This document shows positions 38,090-50,475 of a stretch of DNA of 64,000 nucleotides, piece by piece. A model generated the notes under the pieces. That model was not told the DNA's origin, ran no database searches, and saw only the letters and a list, made by a program, of their open reading frames with translations. Origin of the DNA: Mobula birostris (taxonomy: Eukaryota); assembly GCF_030028105.1 (NCBI RefSeq), contig NC_092375.1, positions 164,051,415-164,115,414 of the forward strand, written 5' to 3'. Numbering within the stretch: the first letter of the stretch is position 1; each line of letters begins with the position of its first letter. The position numbers were made by a program, and so were the translations under genes.

Positions 38090-40070
38090 TACTGACTGGC
38101 AAAATCTGACCATGGTAGGCTGCGAGGATTAGTGCAGGGGTGGGTCTCAGATCATTTAAATGACGTTGATGCAGGCAACACAGTAATGGGGTACATTAGC
38201 TGATGACATAAAGCTTGGTGAAAATAGGAGGCTACAGAGAGATTTAGCTGGTTTGCTTGAGTGAAGAAATGGAGTATAATGTTGGAAATATGAAATTATC
38301 CATTTTGGCAGTGAAAATTGCAAAGTGGTTTGCAGAGCTCCGAGACGTAGAGTAATCTGGGTATCCAAATGTGTGATTTGTGGAAAAAAAAACTAGTATA
38401 CAGATGCAGCAAATAATTAAGAAATAGGTGCAAAATGAAGACTTTGAAGGTAAAAAGGATATGATTGAACTGGAAACGTTGAAGTGGAGATTTAGAGGAT
38501 GTTGTTCGGGGTGGCATCTTTCAGCAAGGCTGAATAGAGGGTTTTTATTTCCTTGGACTGAAAGAGTCAAGGGGGAGGGGCTGATAGAGGATTTCAAATT
38601 AAGAGGGTTCCCATCTAAGCTTGTCTCATTTGCTCGCATGTGGCCCATATCCCTCTAAACCTTTGCTATTCACATGCCTGTCCAAATACCTTTTAAATGT
38701 TGTTAATGTCACTGCTTCAACGACTTCCTCTGGCAGCTCAGTTCATGTACTGCTGACCCTGTGGGTCCTTATTAAAACTCTCTCCTCTCACCTTAAACCT
38801 ATGTCCTCTAGGTTTTGATTTCCCAACCCTGTGCATGTTGATTCTATCTATGCCCCGCATTCTCCTGCTCCCCTGGGAAAACAGTCCCACTGCTCATCCT
38901 CTCTCAATAACTCAATCCCTCAAGTCCTGGCTGGGGAGCAAGAGAACTTTAAGGGATCTAAGGAAAAGTTTTTCCTTAGAGGGTTGTCACAATCTGTAAC
39001 AATCACTGAGGAAGCGATAGAGGCAGTTTATCTTAGAGCATCTAAAGTATCTAATGAGCATTTGAGATGCCAAAGCACAGAAGGTTATGGGTCAAATGCT
39101 GATAAATGGGAATAGTGTAGATTGGTTAAGATTGATTGTATCGATTGATAGTATAGATTGATTAGTTAATGACACTATTGGTTTTATCTGATGTAACATA
39201 ACAGCCAATTTCTTTTTCTTTCTTTAGTTTAGTCGATTAGTTTGATGTAGATTAGGGTTTTTTTTCTCTTTCTTATTGGGGTATATATTTTTTTCTTTTT
39301 TCTTTTCCCATGATATTTTTTCTTTCTATATATTATTATATTTGTACACTGTAAGATTTTGGGAGGTTAATATCTGTGCATTAACAGTGTTTATATTTAT
39401 ATACACTAATTATTAACAATGTAATCCCAATAGCTTTGTATCAATTCTTTGTAATGTTTAAGAATTTGATATCAATAAAAAGATTGGAAAAGAAAAAATT
39501 GGTTAGTGTGAATATGGTGGGCCAAGTCGCCTTTATCTGAGCTGTATGTATTTTTTTTGCTATTTAGGATGCTATCTGCATTATTTGTCTCCTTGTTTAA
39601 GGAGGTAAGTTAATGCATTAGAAAAGTTTAGGGAATGTTTACTGTTTAGGTATTTGTAATGGGCCGATTTCTAATGAGATTGGTTAGGCTAAACTTGTAC
39701 CTGTTGGACTTTAGAAGTGCAAGATTGGACTTGATTGAAGCAATTAAGATCCAGGATGTCCTTTAAAAAGTGGATGTAAAGAGAATATTCCCTCTTGTAA
39801 ATTAATCTAGAGGTTTCAATTTAACAAAAACAGATATCATCGAATTTAGACAGAGCTAAGGCATTATTTTCCTTCAGAAGGCCATGAATCTTTGGAACTC
39901 CTCTCAGAGAATGGTGGAAGCAGAACCTTTGATTATTCTAACACAGAGAAAGATAGACAGTCGGAGTAAAAGGAGAAACGAATGCAGAGTTGAAGTTACA
40001 TATTAAATGATGGAACAGGCTTGAGGAGTTTAGTTGCCTACTTCTACTTCTGATTCATATGTTTGTATGT
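38090..40070 (+). mobile_element. Mosaic of old CR1 fragments (+), with a minus-strand CR1/SINE tail (~38620-38930) and an L1-like insert
   Basis: Degenerate CR1 motifs (GCTGATGACATAAAGCTTGG, AAATATGAAATTATCCATTTTGG, GAATCTTTGGAACTC). Confidence 0.55.
39129..39497 (+). mobile_element. 5'-truncated L1/Tx1-like 3' end with 8-bp TSD
   Basis: T-rich UTR ending CAATAAAAAGATTGGAAAAGAAAAA; flanked by ATTGGTTA at 39121-39128 and 39498-39505. Confidence 0.55.
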
Positions 40071-40199
40071 ATTACTGCCTCAGGCCTGATCTCCAGGGCA
40101 ACAGCTCTAACAGCATAAAAACGGAAGCCTTCACTGGACAGTACGTGCCAGAAATACTCTGGTTTTCCCAGGACAGAATCCCAGACTCAGCTGTTTATT

Positions 40200-40492
40200 T
40201 ATGTTACAGCTTTTCCCCCAAGCCATTGGACTACCAACCAACCGCCCTCTGCTGTGCCTATTTTCTTCTTTATTACTATTGCAGTGCCTGCAGTGTTCTG
40301 AGTACTTTATGCAGTCCCCTGGGTAGGTCTGTAGTCTAGTGTAGTTTTTTTGTTGTTTTATGTAGTTCAGTGTAGTTTTTGTATTGTTTCATGTAGCACC
40401 ATGGTCCTGAAAAACATCTCGTTTTTACTGTGTACTGTACCAGCAGTTATGGTCGAAATGACAATAAAAAATGACTTGACTTGACTTGACTT
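40200..40492 (+). mobile_element. Rex1-like 3' UTR fragment
   Basis: Near-identical to the 3' ends at ~6900-6990 and ~32660-32768; (GACTT)n tail. Confidence 0.85.
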
Positions 40493-40583
40493 GGATGGCA
40501 GGTAACCAGACCTGGCAGAATTTGAATGGTAGACAAAGTATTGTAGGGAGGGACACCAGCATTTCCTTGAACAAATATTATTG

Positions 40584-41822
40584 TGTGGCGACCCACTTTC
40601 TAGCACACACGAACCGGCTCACAACAGCGCACGCAGGCAGAGGGCCGGCCCCAAAAAGGGTGCCAGGCCATCTTCACCAGCAGGGGGGGAAGTCCCGCGC
40701 GCGGAAAGGGTCTGGGAATATGCATTCCCCACAGCAGTCCCGCCCAGGGAGGGCGGGAACGGGAAGGCTTTAAAGCAGGCCACGGTTTGCATAAATCTCT
40801 TTATCGCAACTCCAACTCACCGACTCCATGTGGTTATTCTATCGCTGTGTGTAGCACACCGCTACATTTGGTGACCCCGATGGCCCAAACAATACTTGGG
40901 CCAGAGATGACCGACGCCGCATCTGTTCACGCAGTTTCGTTAAAACTGCCAAGCTTCTGGACGCTGCGACCCCAATTATGGTTCGAACAAGCAGAAGCAC
41001 AATTCCACATTTGGCAGATAACCTCGGAGTCCACTCGCTACTACTACGTGCTGAGCTCACTCGACCAGGAGACAACTGCACAAGTTGAGGAGTTTATATA
41101 GTCGCCCCCGGAGGACGGCAAATACACAGCATTCAAAGCCCTGCTCATAAGGACTTTCAGACTCCCACGGTGCGAACGAGCACGCCGCTTAATGCACCTG
41201 GATGGTTTGGGAGACAGGCCGCCGTCAGCATTAATGAACGAGATGCTGGCCCTGGCTGAAGAACACAAACCCTGCCTCATGTTTGAGCAGGCGTTCCTAG
41301 AGCAACTGCCCGAGGACATACGCCTGCTGCTGTCCGACACAGATTTCAGCAACCCCCGGGAGGTGGCGGCCCGAGCAGATGTGTTGTGGAATGCCAAGAA
41401 GGAGAGAGGGGCACCCGTCGCACAGATCACCAGGCTCAGGCACCGCAGCGCAGGGGCAGACCTCCCAAACAGAGGCCAATCCAGATTGTGGACAGTGGGG
41501 GAGGTATTGCCGGTTCTGGGGGGGGGGGGGGGTGGGTTATGTGGCGACCCACTTTCTAGCACACACAAACCGGCTCACAACAGCGCGCACAGGCAGAGGG
41601 CCGGCCCCAAAAAGGGCGCCAGGCCATCTTCACCAGCAGGGGGGAAATCCCGCCGCAGAAAGGGTCTGGGAATATGCATTCCCCACAGCAGTCCCGCCCA
41701 GGGAGGGCGGGAATTGGAAGGCTTTAAAGCAGACCGTGAAGTTTGAATAAATCTCTTTATTGCAACTCCAACTCACCGACTCCGTGTGGTTATTCTAACA
41801 CTGTGTGTAGCACACCGCTACA
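40584..41822 (+). mobile_element. Gypsy/Ty3-type LTR retrotransposon, internally deleted (gag only), with two 283-bp LTRs
   Basis: LTRs 40584-40866 and 41540-41822 (TGTGGCG...CGCTACA). TSD ATTG at 40580-40583 and 41823-41826. PBS TGGTGACCCCGA (tRNA-Trp type) at 40869-40880. G-rich PPT at 41518-41536. Confidence 0.95.
40907..41435 (+). pseudogene. Gag-like ORF of the LTR element with one in-frame TAG (41099-41101), truncated before the zinc knuckle
   Basis: MTDAASVHAVSLKLPSFW..RPQLWFEQAEAQF..IT...TRYYYVLSSLD...Y.AFK..L...LGDRPPSALMNEM...FLEQLPEDIR..L. ORFs 40787-41101 and 41192-41746 are in the same frame. Confidence 0.85.
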
Positions 41823-42010
41823 ATTGCCCTTATTGAGAGGCAGAGGTTAAAGCCCCTTTAAACTCTCTTTCAAATATATTTTATTTGTTTCATGCTGACG
41901 TATCTAACGAACTAATGACCTGCAAAATAGTGAGGGTATTTATTAAACTCATTTGACAGTATTTCATTTATTCTGTCTAGATGTATCATAGTACTATTTA
42001 GTTTTAGTTT

Positions 42011-42240
42011 ATCAGAATCAGGTTTAACACCGGCATGTGACATGAAACTTGTTAACTTAGCAGCAGCAGTACAATGCAATACATAATATAGAAGAAAATA
42101 AAAACAAAATAAAATAATAATAAATAAATAACTAAATCAAATTACAGTATACGTATATTGAATAGATTAAAAATTGTGCAAAAAACAGAAATGCTATACA
42201 TTAAAAAGGTGAGGGTAGTGTTCAAGGATTCAATGTCCAC
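42011..42240 (-). mobile_element. Rex1-like 3' UTR fragment
   Basis: Near-identical to 22546-22770. Confidence 0.85.
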
Positions 42241-42814
42241 CTGTCTTTATCTCTTTACATACTGCAAGTAATTGTGTTATCCATATCATAACTCTGAAGT
42301 TCAGTTAAAAAATTCTTATTTTGCAGTTTTTGAATTCCCACTTTCATTTTGATAGTATCACATATTATAACTTCTGACAATCTCTGTACAGAAATTAAAT
42401 TACTAATTGGTCAGAACAAGTAATACGTGTTTAATCTGAGGATGGCCTTGGAAAGTGTAAGTTTTTAGTCTGTTTATTCCATAAAACGGAGGCCAAACTG
42501 ATATCTAATTGTCACTGATTTCAGAATATGTTTTGATCTCGCCAACAGAAATCAGATATGCATTCATCAGAGATCAACCTGCCAGAGTATATAATGATAT
42601 CACCCAGCCACCATATTATCGGCAAATCTCTTTCACCTTATTTGTTGGTCAAGTTGGTGTCTGTGAACAGTATGGTACGTGTTCATTCAACGGCATATGT
42701 TGAAATTAACAGTTACATCCAAGAACATGAATTAATTCCTTATTTCACTTTTTCGTTCATCCTATTGTTTGCAAGATTCTTGTGAACAAGCACAGCCATG
42801 TATAACTTTGAGTA

Positions 42815-43180
42815 AAGTCAAAATAAATCTTTTATCAAAGTATAAAACAATATGTCACCATACACTACCTTGAGATTCCTTTTCTTCAAGGCATTTACAG
42901 GAAAATAGAAATATAATAGAACTTGTGAGAAACTATTCATAAAGGCTGAGAAACAACCAATGAGCAAAAGAGCACAAGTTGTGCAAATAAAAGAATAAAT
43001 AAATAAAACAGAGAATATGAGTTGTAGAGTCCTTAGAATGAGTCTACAGGTTGTGGAATCAATCAGAGTGAAGTTATCCATGCTTGTTCAGGAGCCTGAT
43101 AGTTGTAGGGTAGTAACTGTTCCTGAACCTGGTGGCGTGGGACCTAAGGTTTCTGTCCCTCCAGCCCGATGGTGGTAGTT
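42815..43180 (-). mobile_element. Rex1-like 3' fragment
   Basis: Similar to 29049-29430. Confidence 0.7.
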
Positions 43181-43718
43181 TTCGACCAAGAATCTTGATT
43201 TATGCCTTGTATTTCATGGCTTTTCTTTAGACGTACAGTATTGCGGCCAGTTCACATGCAGGAAAAGAGAAATTGATTTTTTAGATTTATTTGTTTTATT
43301 GCGATGAATACCAGGAGAATAGGCTTTAGAAAAAGAGCAGTGGGAAGAAAGGACCGTGATTGAGAAGCAAAGTATTTCAATCCCTGTTCTCCCCCGACTG
43401 CTCTGAAGTTGCATCTTGTTTTGTCTGCTGAAGTTCTGTTGTGGGGACAGCACTGAAGAATTGAGAAACTGCAGTGGAGCCTTGTTGGATGGCAGCGGTG
43501 GGTTAAACTGGAGGTGAGCACTTTAGTCCAATTGGTAAAAGCTGCCTGTGAGTTTCTGCACTACTCCGCATCAGATAGATAACTGCAGTGTGTGCCAGGG
43601 AAGATTTTGATAGTCACCATCACCTGCTCTGTCCGTCACGATTTTCCCATTCAATCGCGGGACCGTCGCAGCAGGAGGAGGAGCGAGGGGCTCAGGAGAG
43701 CGCTGAGTGCTGGGAAGC

Positions 43719-46412
43719 AGCTGAGGTGAGTGTGCTTTAAAAGGAGCGTGGAGGGCAACTGAAGGGTTAAACAGAGTGTTGAGTAGTTGATGAGAGGGAG
43801 TGAGTACTTGAGATAATTGGCAGGGACAGATAAAAGGAGGGGTAACTGAAGAGGAGCGGCCAGTGTGTGAGTGGCTCAGGGTTTGGAGTGGAGCTTTGAG
43901 GCTTTGGCTTGAGAAGCTTCAACGAACAGAGGCTAAGAACGAGCTTGCTCCCAGTGAGGTAAGGCCAGGTAAGTTCCTTTAATTAATTTAATTAACTTAG
44001 GAGTAGGTAATGGAAGCAGCAGTTAGGGCATTTGAGTGCTCCGTATGCAGTATGTGGGAAGTCAGGGACAGCACAATTGTCCCTGATGACCACACCTGTA
44101 AAAGGTTCATCCAGCTGCAGCTCCTGACAAACCGAGTTAGGGAATTGGAGCTGGAGCTGGATGAACTTTGGATCATTTGTGAGGCAGAGGCAGAAATAGT
44201 CAGGAGTTTCAGGGAGATAGTCACCCCTAAAAGTCAAAAGGCAGGTAGCTGGGTGACTATCAGGAGAGGGAAGGGGAGTAGACAGAAAGAGCAGAGCACC
44301 CCTGTGGCTGTTCCCATCAACAATAAGTATACCATTTTGGATAGTGTTGGTGGGGACGACCTACCAGGATCCTGCCAGGATCAAAGGCAAAGTTAACAGG
44401 CATAGGGAACCTTGGTTTTCAAGGGATATTGACGTCTGGATAAGAAAAAGAGAGAAGTGTAGAGCAGGTATAGGCAACGAGGAACAAGTGAGGTACTTGA
44501 AGAGTATAGAAAATGTAAGAAAATACTAAAGAAGGAGATCAGGAAGGCAAAAAGAAGACATTAGGTTGCTTTGGCAGATAATGTGAAGGTAAACCCGAAG
44601 GGTTTCTACAAGTATATTAAGAGTAAAAGGATAGTAAGGGACAAAATTGGTCCTCTAGAAGATCAGAGTGGTTGTCTATGCGTGGAGCCTCATGAGATGG
44701 GGGAGATCTTAAACAGTTTTTTTGCATCAGTATTTACTCAGGAAACTGGCATAGCGTATATGGAAGGAAGGGAAACAAGCAGTAGTGTCATGGAACATAT
44801 AGAGATTAAAGAGGAGGAGGTGCTTGCTGCCTTACAGCGAATAAAGGTAGATAAATCCCCCGGGTCTGACATGCTATTTCCTCAGACCTTGAGAGAGACT
44901 AGTGTAGAAATTGCAGGGGCCCTGGCAGAAATATTTAAAATGTCCTTAGCCACGGGTACGGTGCCGGAGGATTGGAAGGTAGCTCTTGTTGTTCCGTTGT
45001 TTAAAAAAGGCTCCAAAAGTAAACCAGGTAATTACAGGCTGGTGAGCCTGACATCAGTAGTAGGTAAATTATTGGAAGGTGTTCTGAGAGATCGGATATA
45101 CAAGTATTTGGACAGCAAAGGGCTGATTAAGGATAGTCAGCATGGCTTTGTGCGTAGTAGATTGTGTTTAACGAATCTTGTAGAGTTTTTCGAGGAGGTT
45201 ACCAAGAAAGTAGATGAAGGAAAGGCTGTGGATGTTGTCTACATGGACTTTAGTAAGGTCTTTGATAAGGTCCCACATGGGAGGTTAGCTCAGAAGGTTC
45301 AGATACTAGTATCCATGGAGAGGTTGTAAACTGGATTCGAAATTGGCTGTGTGGGAGAAGACAGAGAGTGGTAGTGGATGAGTGCTTCTCAGACTGGAGG
45401 CCTGTGACTAGTGGGGTGCCTCAGGGATCTGTGCTGGGACCATTGTTGTTTGTGGTCTATATCAGTAATCTCGATGATAATGTGATAAATTGGATCAGCA
45501 AGTTTGCTGATGACACTAAGATTGGAGGCATTGTGGACAGTGAGGAAGGCTTTCAAAGCTTGCAGAGGGATCTGGACCAACTGGAAAAATGGGGCAGAAA
45601 ATGGCAGATGGAATTTAATGAAGAGAAGTGTGAAGTGTTGCATTTTGGAAGGACAAATCAAGATAGGACATACACAGTAAATGGTAGGGCACTGAGGAGT
45701 GCGGAGGAACAATCTGATCTGGGAGTTCAGATACATAATTTCCTGAAAGTGGCGTCACAGGTAGGCAGGGTTGTAAAGAAGGCTTTTGGCATTCTGGCAT
45801 TCATAAATCAAAGTATTGAGTATAGGAGTTGGGATGTTATGGGGAGGTTGTATAAGACGTTGGTGAGGCCAAATTTGGAGTATTGTGTACAGTTCTGGTC
45901 ACCTAACTAAAGGAAGGATATCAGTAAGATTGAAAGAATGCAGAGAAGATTTACTAGGATGTTGCTGGGTCTTCAGGAGTTGAGTTACAGGGGAAGATTG
46001 AACAGGTTAGGACTTTATTCCTTGGAGCATAGAAGAATGATGGGGGATTTGATAGAGTTTTACAAAATTATGAGGGGTATAGACAGAGTAAATGTGAGTA
46101 GGCTCTTTCCACTTAGAAGAGATAAATACGAGAGGACATGGCTTTAGGGTGAAAGGGGAAAGGTTTAGGGGAACATTAGCAGGAACTTCTTCACTCAGAG
46201 GGTGGTGGGAGTATGGAACGAGCTGCCATCTGACATGGTAAATGCAGGCTCACTCTTAAGTTTTAAGAATAAATTGGATAGATACATGGATGGGAGAGGT
46301 CTGGAGGGTTATGGACTGGGTGCAGGTCAATGGGACTAACGGAATAAAGTTTCAGCACAGACTAGAAGGGCCGAATGGCCTGTTTTCTGTGCTGTAGTGT
46401 TCTATGGTTCTA
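43719..46412 (+). mobile_element. CR1 (HER1-like) LINE with 5' UTR, ORF1 start, RT and 3' tail; esterase and endonuclease regions deleted at ~44371
   Basis: ORF1 44010- (MEAAVRAFECSVCSMWE..DDHTCKR..LQLL..RVRELELELDEL). RT ORFs 44571-46147 (QHGFVRSRLCLTNL, YMDFSKVFDKVPH, SGVPQGSVLGPLLF, KFADDTK). Tail TTCTATGGTTCTA. Possible TSD GGAAGC (43713-43718 and 46413-46418). Confidence 0.93.
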
Positions 46413-47174
46413 GGAAGCCATGTGGTTTCACAAGGTGGTTTCAGGAAGCTCATTAACAGCAACAAGGAACACCTGAGGCCAGCTCGTGTCCGGATTCTTC
46501 ACTGGGTGTTCAGTTTAGCTTCTCATATTGCTTATAGACTACTCTCTCAAAGCCTTGAATGACAACCACTACTTTTCCTCCAATCTGACTTTGCCAATTA
46601 TTACGCCTGGGAGTGATTGCACCAAATTAATCCTCCCTTCGCTGCAGCATTCCAGTGCCCATACATAACAAAATGAAAGTTTCATATTGATTCATTACAA
46701 TAATTACCAACGGGAAATAATGTCTCCACACTAACCATGTCTGGCTAAAAAGAAGAAAGTATATTTTTCTTTTTGATACCTCTGCTTTTTTGCCTTTTCA
46801 CATGCATTGCAAGAAGTAGTTTTCTCCTCATTACGTGCAAAGGTTTTAAAGGCCTGAAGTGATGTCAGGCTCCTGACAAGAACCATTTAAAGACTGAATT
46901 CCGAGAGGCTGCTGATGGCCAGCCTGATTTTACTTTCCAAATCTGAGTGGCAGAGTACTCTGAGGGAACAAAAGTGACCTGGCATTTGCTAATTCTCAGA
47001 GAGATCGAGGTTTCAGAGAAATGGATTCTCGTCATTGCTATTCCATGGGGCCCAGCATCTGCAGTCCCACTGATATGTGAGCTTGCTAGCCTAATAGCTG
47101 CTGTCACTTCCGGCAACTGGAGAGATGTATGGATAGATATTTCATTGATCCTAAAGGAAATTACAGTGTTACAG

Positions 47175-47485
47175 TAGTATTACAAGTGCATAGTTATAAA
47201 TATTAGAAAAGTAAAAAAGAATAAAATAATAAGTTACCTCAAACAATCCAACAGGAACGGGACATCACTTCCCCGGCTATAAGTTGCCTCATTATAGAGC
47301 CTAATGGCCGACGGTAAGAATGACCTCATATAATGCTATTTGGAGCAGCAGGGTTGTCTTAGACTATGACTACAACTGCACTTCTGTTCAGCCAGGGTGG
47401 CAAGCAGAGGGTGAGAAACATTGTCCAGAATTGCCAGGACTTTCCATAGGGTGCTTTGTTCAGTCACTGCTTCCAATGTGTCCAC
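47175..47485 (-). mobile_element. Probable Rex1-like 3' end of another subfamily
   Basis: Reverse strand resembles the Rex1 C-terminus (..RSFLPSAIRLYN..). Confidence 0.45.
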
Positions 47486-47527
47486 TACTGAAAAAATAAT
47501 AGCTCAAGGATGCGGTCCATCTTCTTA

Positions 47528-48925
47528 AGACCATAAGATTTAGGAGCAGAAGTAGGTCATTTGGCCCATCGAGTCTGCTCCGCCATTCAGTCATGGGCTG
47601 ATCCACTTCATCCAGTCATCCCCACTCCTCTGCTTTCACCCCATACCCTTTGATGCCCTGGCTAAACAAGAACCTATCTATCTCTGCCTTAAGTACACCC
47701 AATGACTTGGCCTCCACAGCCGCTCATGGCAACAAATTCCACAGATTTACCACCCTCTGACTAAAGTAATTTCTCCGCATTTCAGTTCTGGAAGGACGTC
47801 CTTCAATCCTGAAGTCGTGCCCTCTTGTCCTAGAATCCCCTACCATGGGAAATAACATTGCCATATCCAATCTGTTCAGGCCTTTTAACATTTGGAATGT
47901 TTCTATGAGATCCCCCGCTCATTCTCCTGAACTCCACGGAATACAGCCCAAGAGCTGCCAGACGTTCCTCATACGGTGACCCTCTCATTCCTGAAATCAT
48001 TCTTGTGAATCTTCTCTGAACCCTCTTCAATGTCAGTATATCTCTTCTAAAATAGGGAGCCCAAAACTGCACACAATACTCCAAGTGTGGTCTCATGAGT
48101 ACCTTCTAGAGCCTCAACATCACATCCTGCTCTTATATTCTATACCTTTAGAAATGAATGCCAACATTGCATTCGCCTTCTTCACAAGTGACTCAACCTG
48201 CAGGATAACCTTTAGGGTATCTTGCACAAGGACTCCCAAGTCTCTTTGCATCTCTGCATTTTGAATTCTCTCCCCATCTAAATAATAGTCTGCCCATTTA
48301 TCTCTTCCACCAAAGTGCATGACCATACACTTTCCAACATTGTGTTTCATTTGTCACTTCTTTGCCCATTCCCCTAAACTATCTAAGTCTCCCTGCAGGC
48401 TCTCTGTTTCCTCAATACTACCCACTCTTCCACCTATCTTTGTATCATCGACGAATTTAGCCACAAGTCCCTTAATACTCATAGTCCATATCATTGACAT
48501 ACATCGTTAAAAATTAATGGTCCCAACACTGACCCTGTGGAACTCCACTGGTAACCGGCAGCCAACCAGACTAGGATCCCTTTATTCCCACTCTCTGTTT
48601 TCTGCCAACAAGCCAATGCTCCACCCATGCTAGTAACTTCACTGTAATTCCACAGGCTCTTATCTTGCTAAGCAGCCTCATGTGCGGCACCTTGTCAAAG
48701 GCCTTCTGAAAATCCAAGTACACCACATCTACTGCATCTCCTTTGTCTACTCTGCTTGTAATTTCCTCAAAGAATTGCAGTAGGTTAGTCAGGCAGGATC
48801 TTCCTTTCAGGAAACCATGCTGGCTTTGGCCTATCTTGTCACGTGCCCCCAGGTATGTCGTAATCTCATACCTAACAATCGATTCCAACAACTTCCCAAC
48901 CACTGATGTTAGGCTAACAGGTCTT
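47528..48925 (-). mobile_element. CR1 LINE (RT to 3' end)
   Basis: Minus ORFs QHGFLKGRSCLTNLLQFFE..YLDFQKAFDKVPH, RDLGVLV, RPHLEYCVQFWAPY; tail GACCATAAGATTTAGGAGCAG. Confidence 0.92.
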
Positions 48926-49606
48926 CATTACCTCCAAAGCTTCAGTTTGTGCAATGAAATAGTCCACTGTTGTTTCTTAGATGGGAATATGCTGTAGGGA
49001 AGACAAAGCTTTCATGAGCATCAACAAAGATTTGCTGTATACCCAAGTTTAGTACAGGTCCATTGTCTTTTGGACTCCATAACACTGAAGTGACTGAGCA
49101 CCAGTGCCAAGGAGCTGTGGCAGGGGAATGGCAGGATAATGAATAATTCCTGAGAGTTGCACTGGGCAGTGCGACCAGCCACTGCTCTCTGTCTGCACAC
49201 TGTTTATTCAATATACGTTTAGCCAAAAACAGACTGTGGGAATCAGTGAGACTTATGAACTGTACATGGTTTCAGCTTTGCATATCTGCCGTGGAGACTT
49301 ATGAAAAAGGAGATTTTATCAAAGTTCAAATTACATTTATTATCAAAGTATGTCTGCCATGTACAGCCTTGAGATTCATCTTCTTACAGGCAGCCACAAA
49401 GCCAAGAACCACAATAGAATCCACGAAAAACTCCACACGACAAAGACCAATCAAACAAACCACACGTGCAAACAATAGAAAAAAGTAATCAAATAACACA
49501 CAGAGCATGAACCACGGAGTCCCTGGAACTGCATCCATATCCACAGAGCTAGTTCACCGCTAGGGCTGAGCCCGATGGCTGCAGGCCACAGGTGTGGAGT
49601 TAGTTC

Positions 49607-50475
49607 TGTCACACACCCCGTGATGGGTTAAAGATCCAGCAGAAATGGAAAACACTTTGGAGTCCAGTATTGCTATTAACTAATGGTATTTATTAGTAAC
49701 TATGCAATACAGTAGTATAAATGCAGATAAATCAAACAGGTGAGCAATGATTATATATAAGTAAGTGTGGAAATATATGAAAACCAAGCTTCTTTGAGCC
49801 TAGGGGTGAATAGATAGTCTTACGATGATGAGTAAAGTTCAGTTCAGTTTGTGGTATTGATTTGAATAGTGACGGAGAGAGAGAGAGATTTGAATCTTCA
49901 GGTGAGCTGACGCCATCAATCTTCCCATTGTCCTCCGAAATCCTTTGGAAGTCACTGACTGTGAGCACCACAAAGGGGACCTTTCTCCTGTGGTGGAATT
50001 ATCAACCCAGGCGAGGGTTGGACACAGAAATAACTCCCCACCGGTTGCACCCTTTTCCACACTGCGAGAGCCACTGATCGATCCTCCAAAACCCACCTTT
50101 TCTGTGGGCACAACAAAGCTCATTCAATGTCCAAAACCATGTGCCTCTGTGTCTATCATCTGACCTATTTATCTCAACATGCTGACTACTTGCTGTCCAT
50201 CAAACAGCTTCTCCCACCTCTCTCTGCAAGAACACAGCAGCTGCTAGTGTCCTTGTAGAAAATGTAAATATGCTGCCGAANNNNNNNNNNNNNNNNNNNN
50301 NNNNNNNNNNNNNNNNNNNNNNNNNNNNNNNNNNNNNNNNNNNNNNNNNNNNNNNNNNNNNNNNNNNNNNNNNNNNNNNNNNNNNNNNNNNNNNNNNNNN
50401 NNNNNNNNNNNNNNNNNNNNNNNNNNNNNNNNNNNNNNNNNNNNNNNNATAGAGGTAATTCAGGACCCCGTCACA
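49607..50475 (-). mobile_element. Probable solo LTR (or LTR element collapsed over the gap), 4-bp TSD
   Basis: Termini TGTCAC...GTCACA; GTTC at 49603-49606 and 50476-50479; minus-strand AATAAA near 49690. Confidence 0.75.
50281..50448. other. Assembly gap (168 N)
   Basis: Directly visible. Confidence 1.

Noticed and set aside
41044-41750. Several long overlapping ORFs (174, 184 and 123 aa) as a novel gene
   Set aside because: Explained by the GC-rich gag remnant reading into the 3' LTR and by antisense shadows.
44571-46147. Longest RT ORFs as an active reverse transcriptase
   Set aside because: Frameshifts and stops split the RT, and the endonuclease is deleted.
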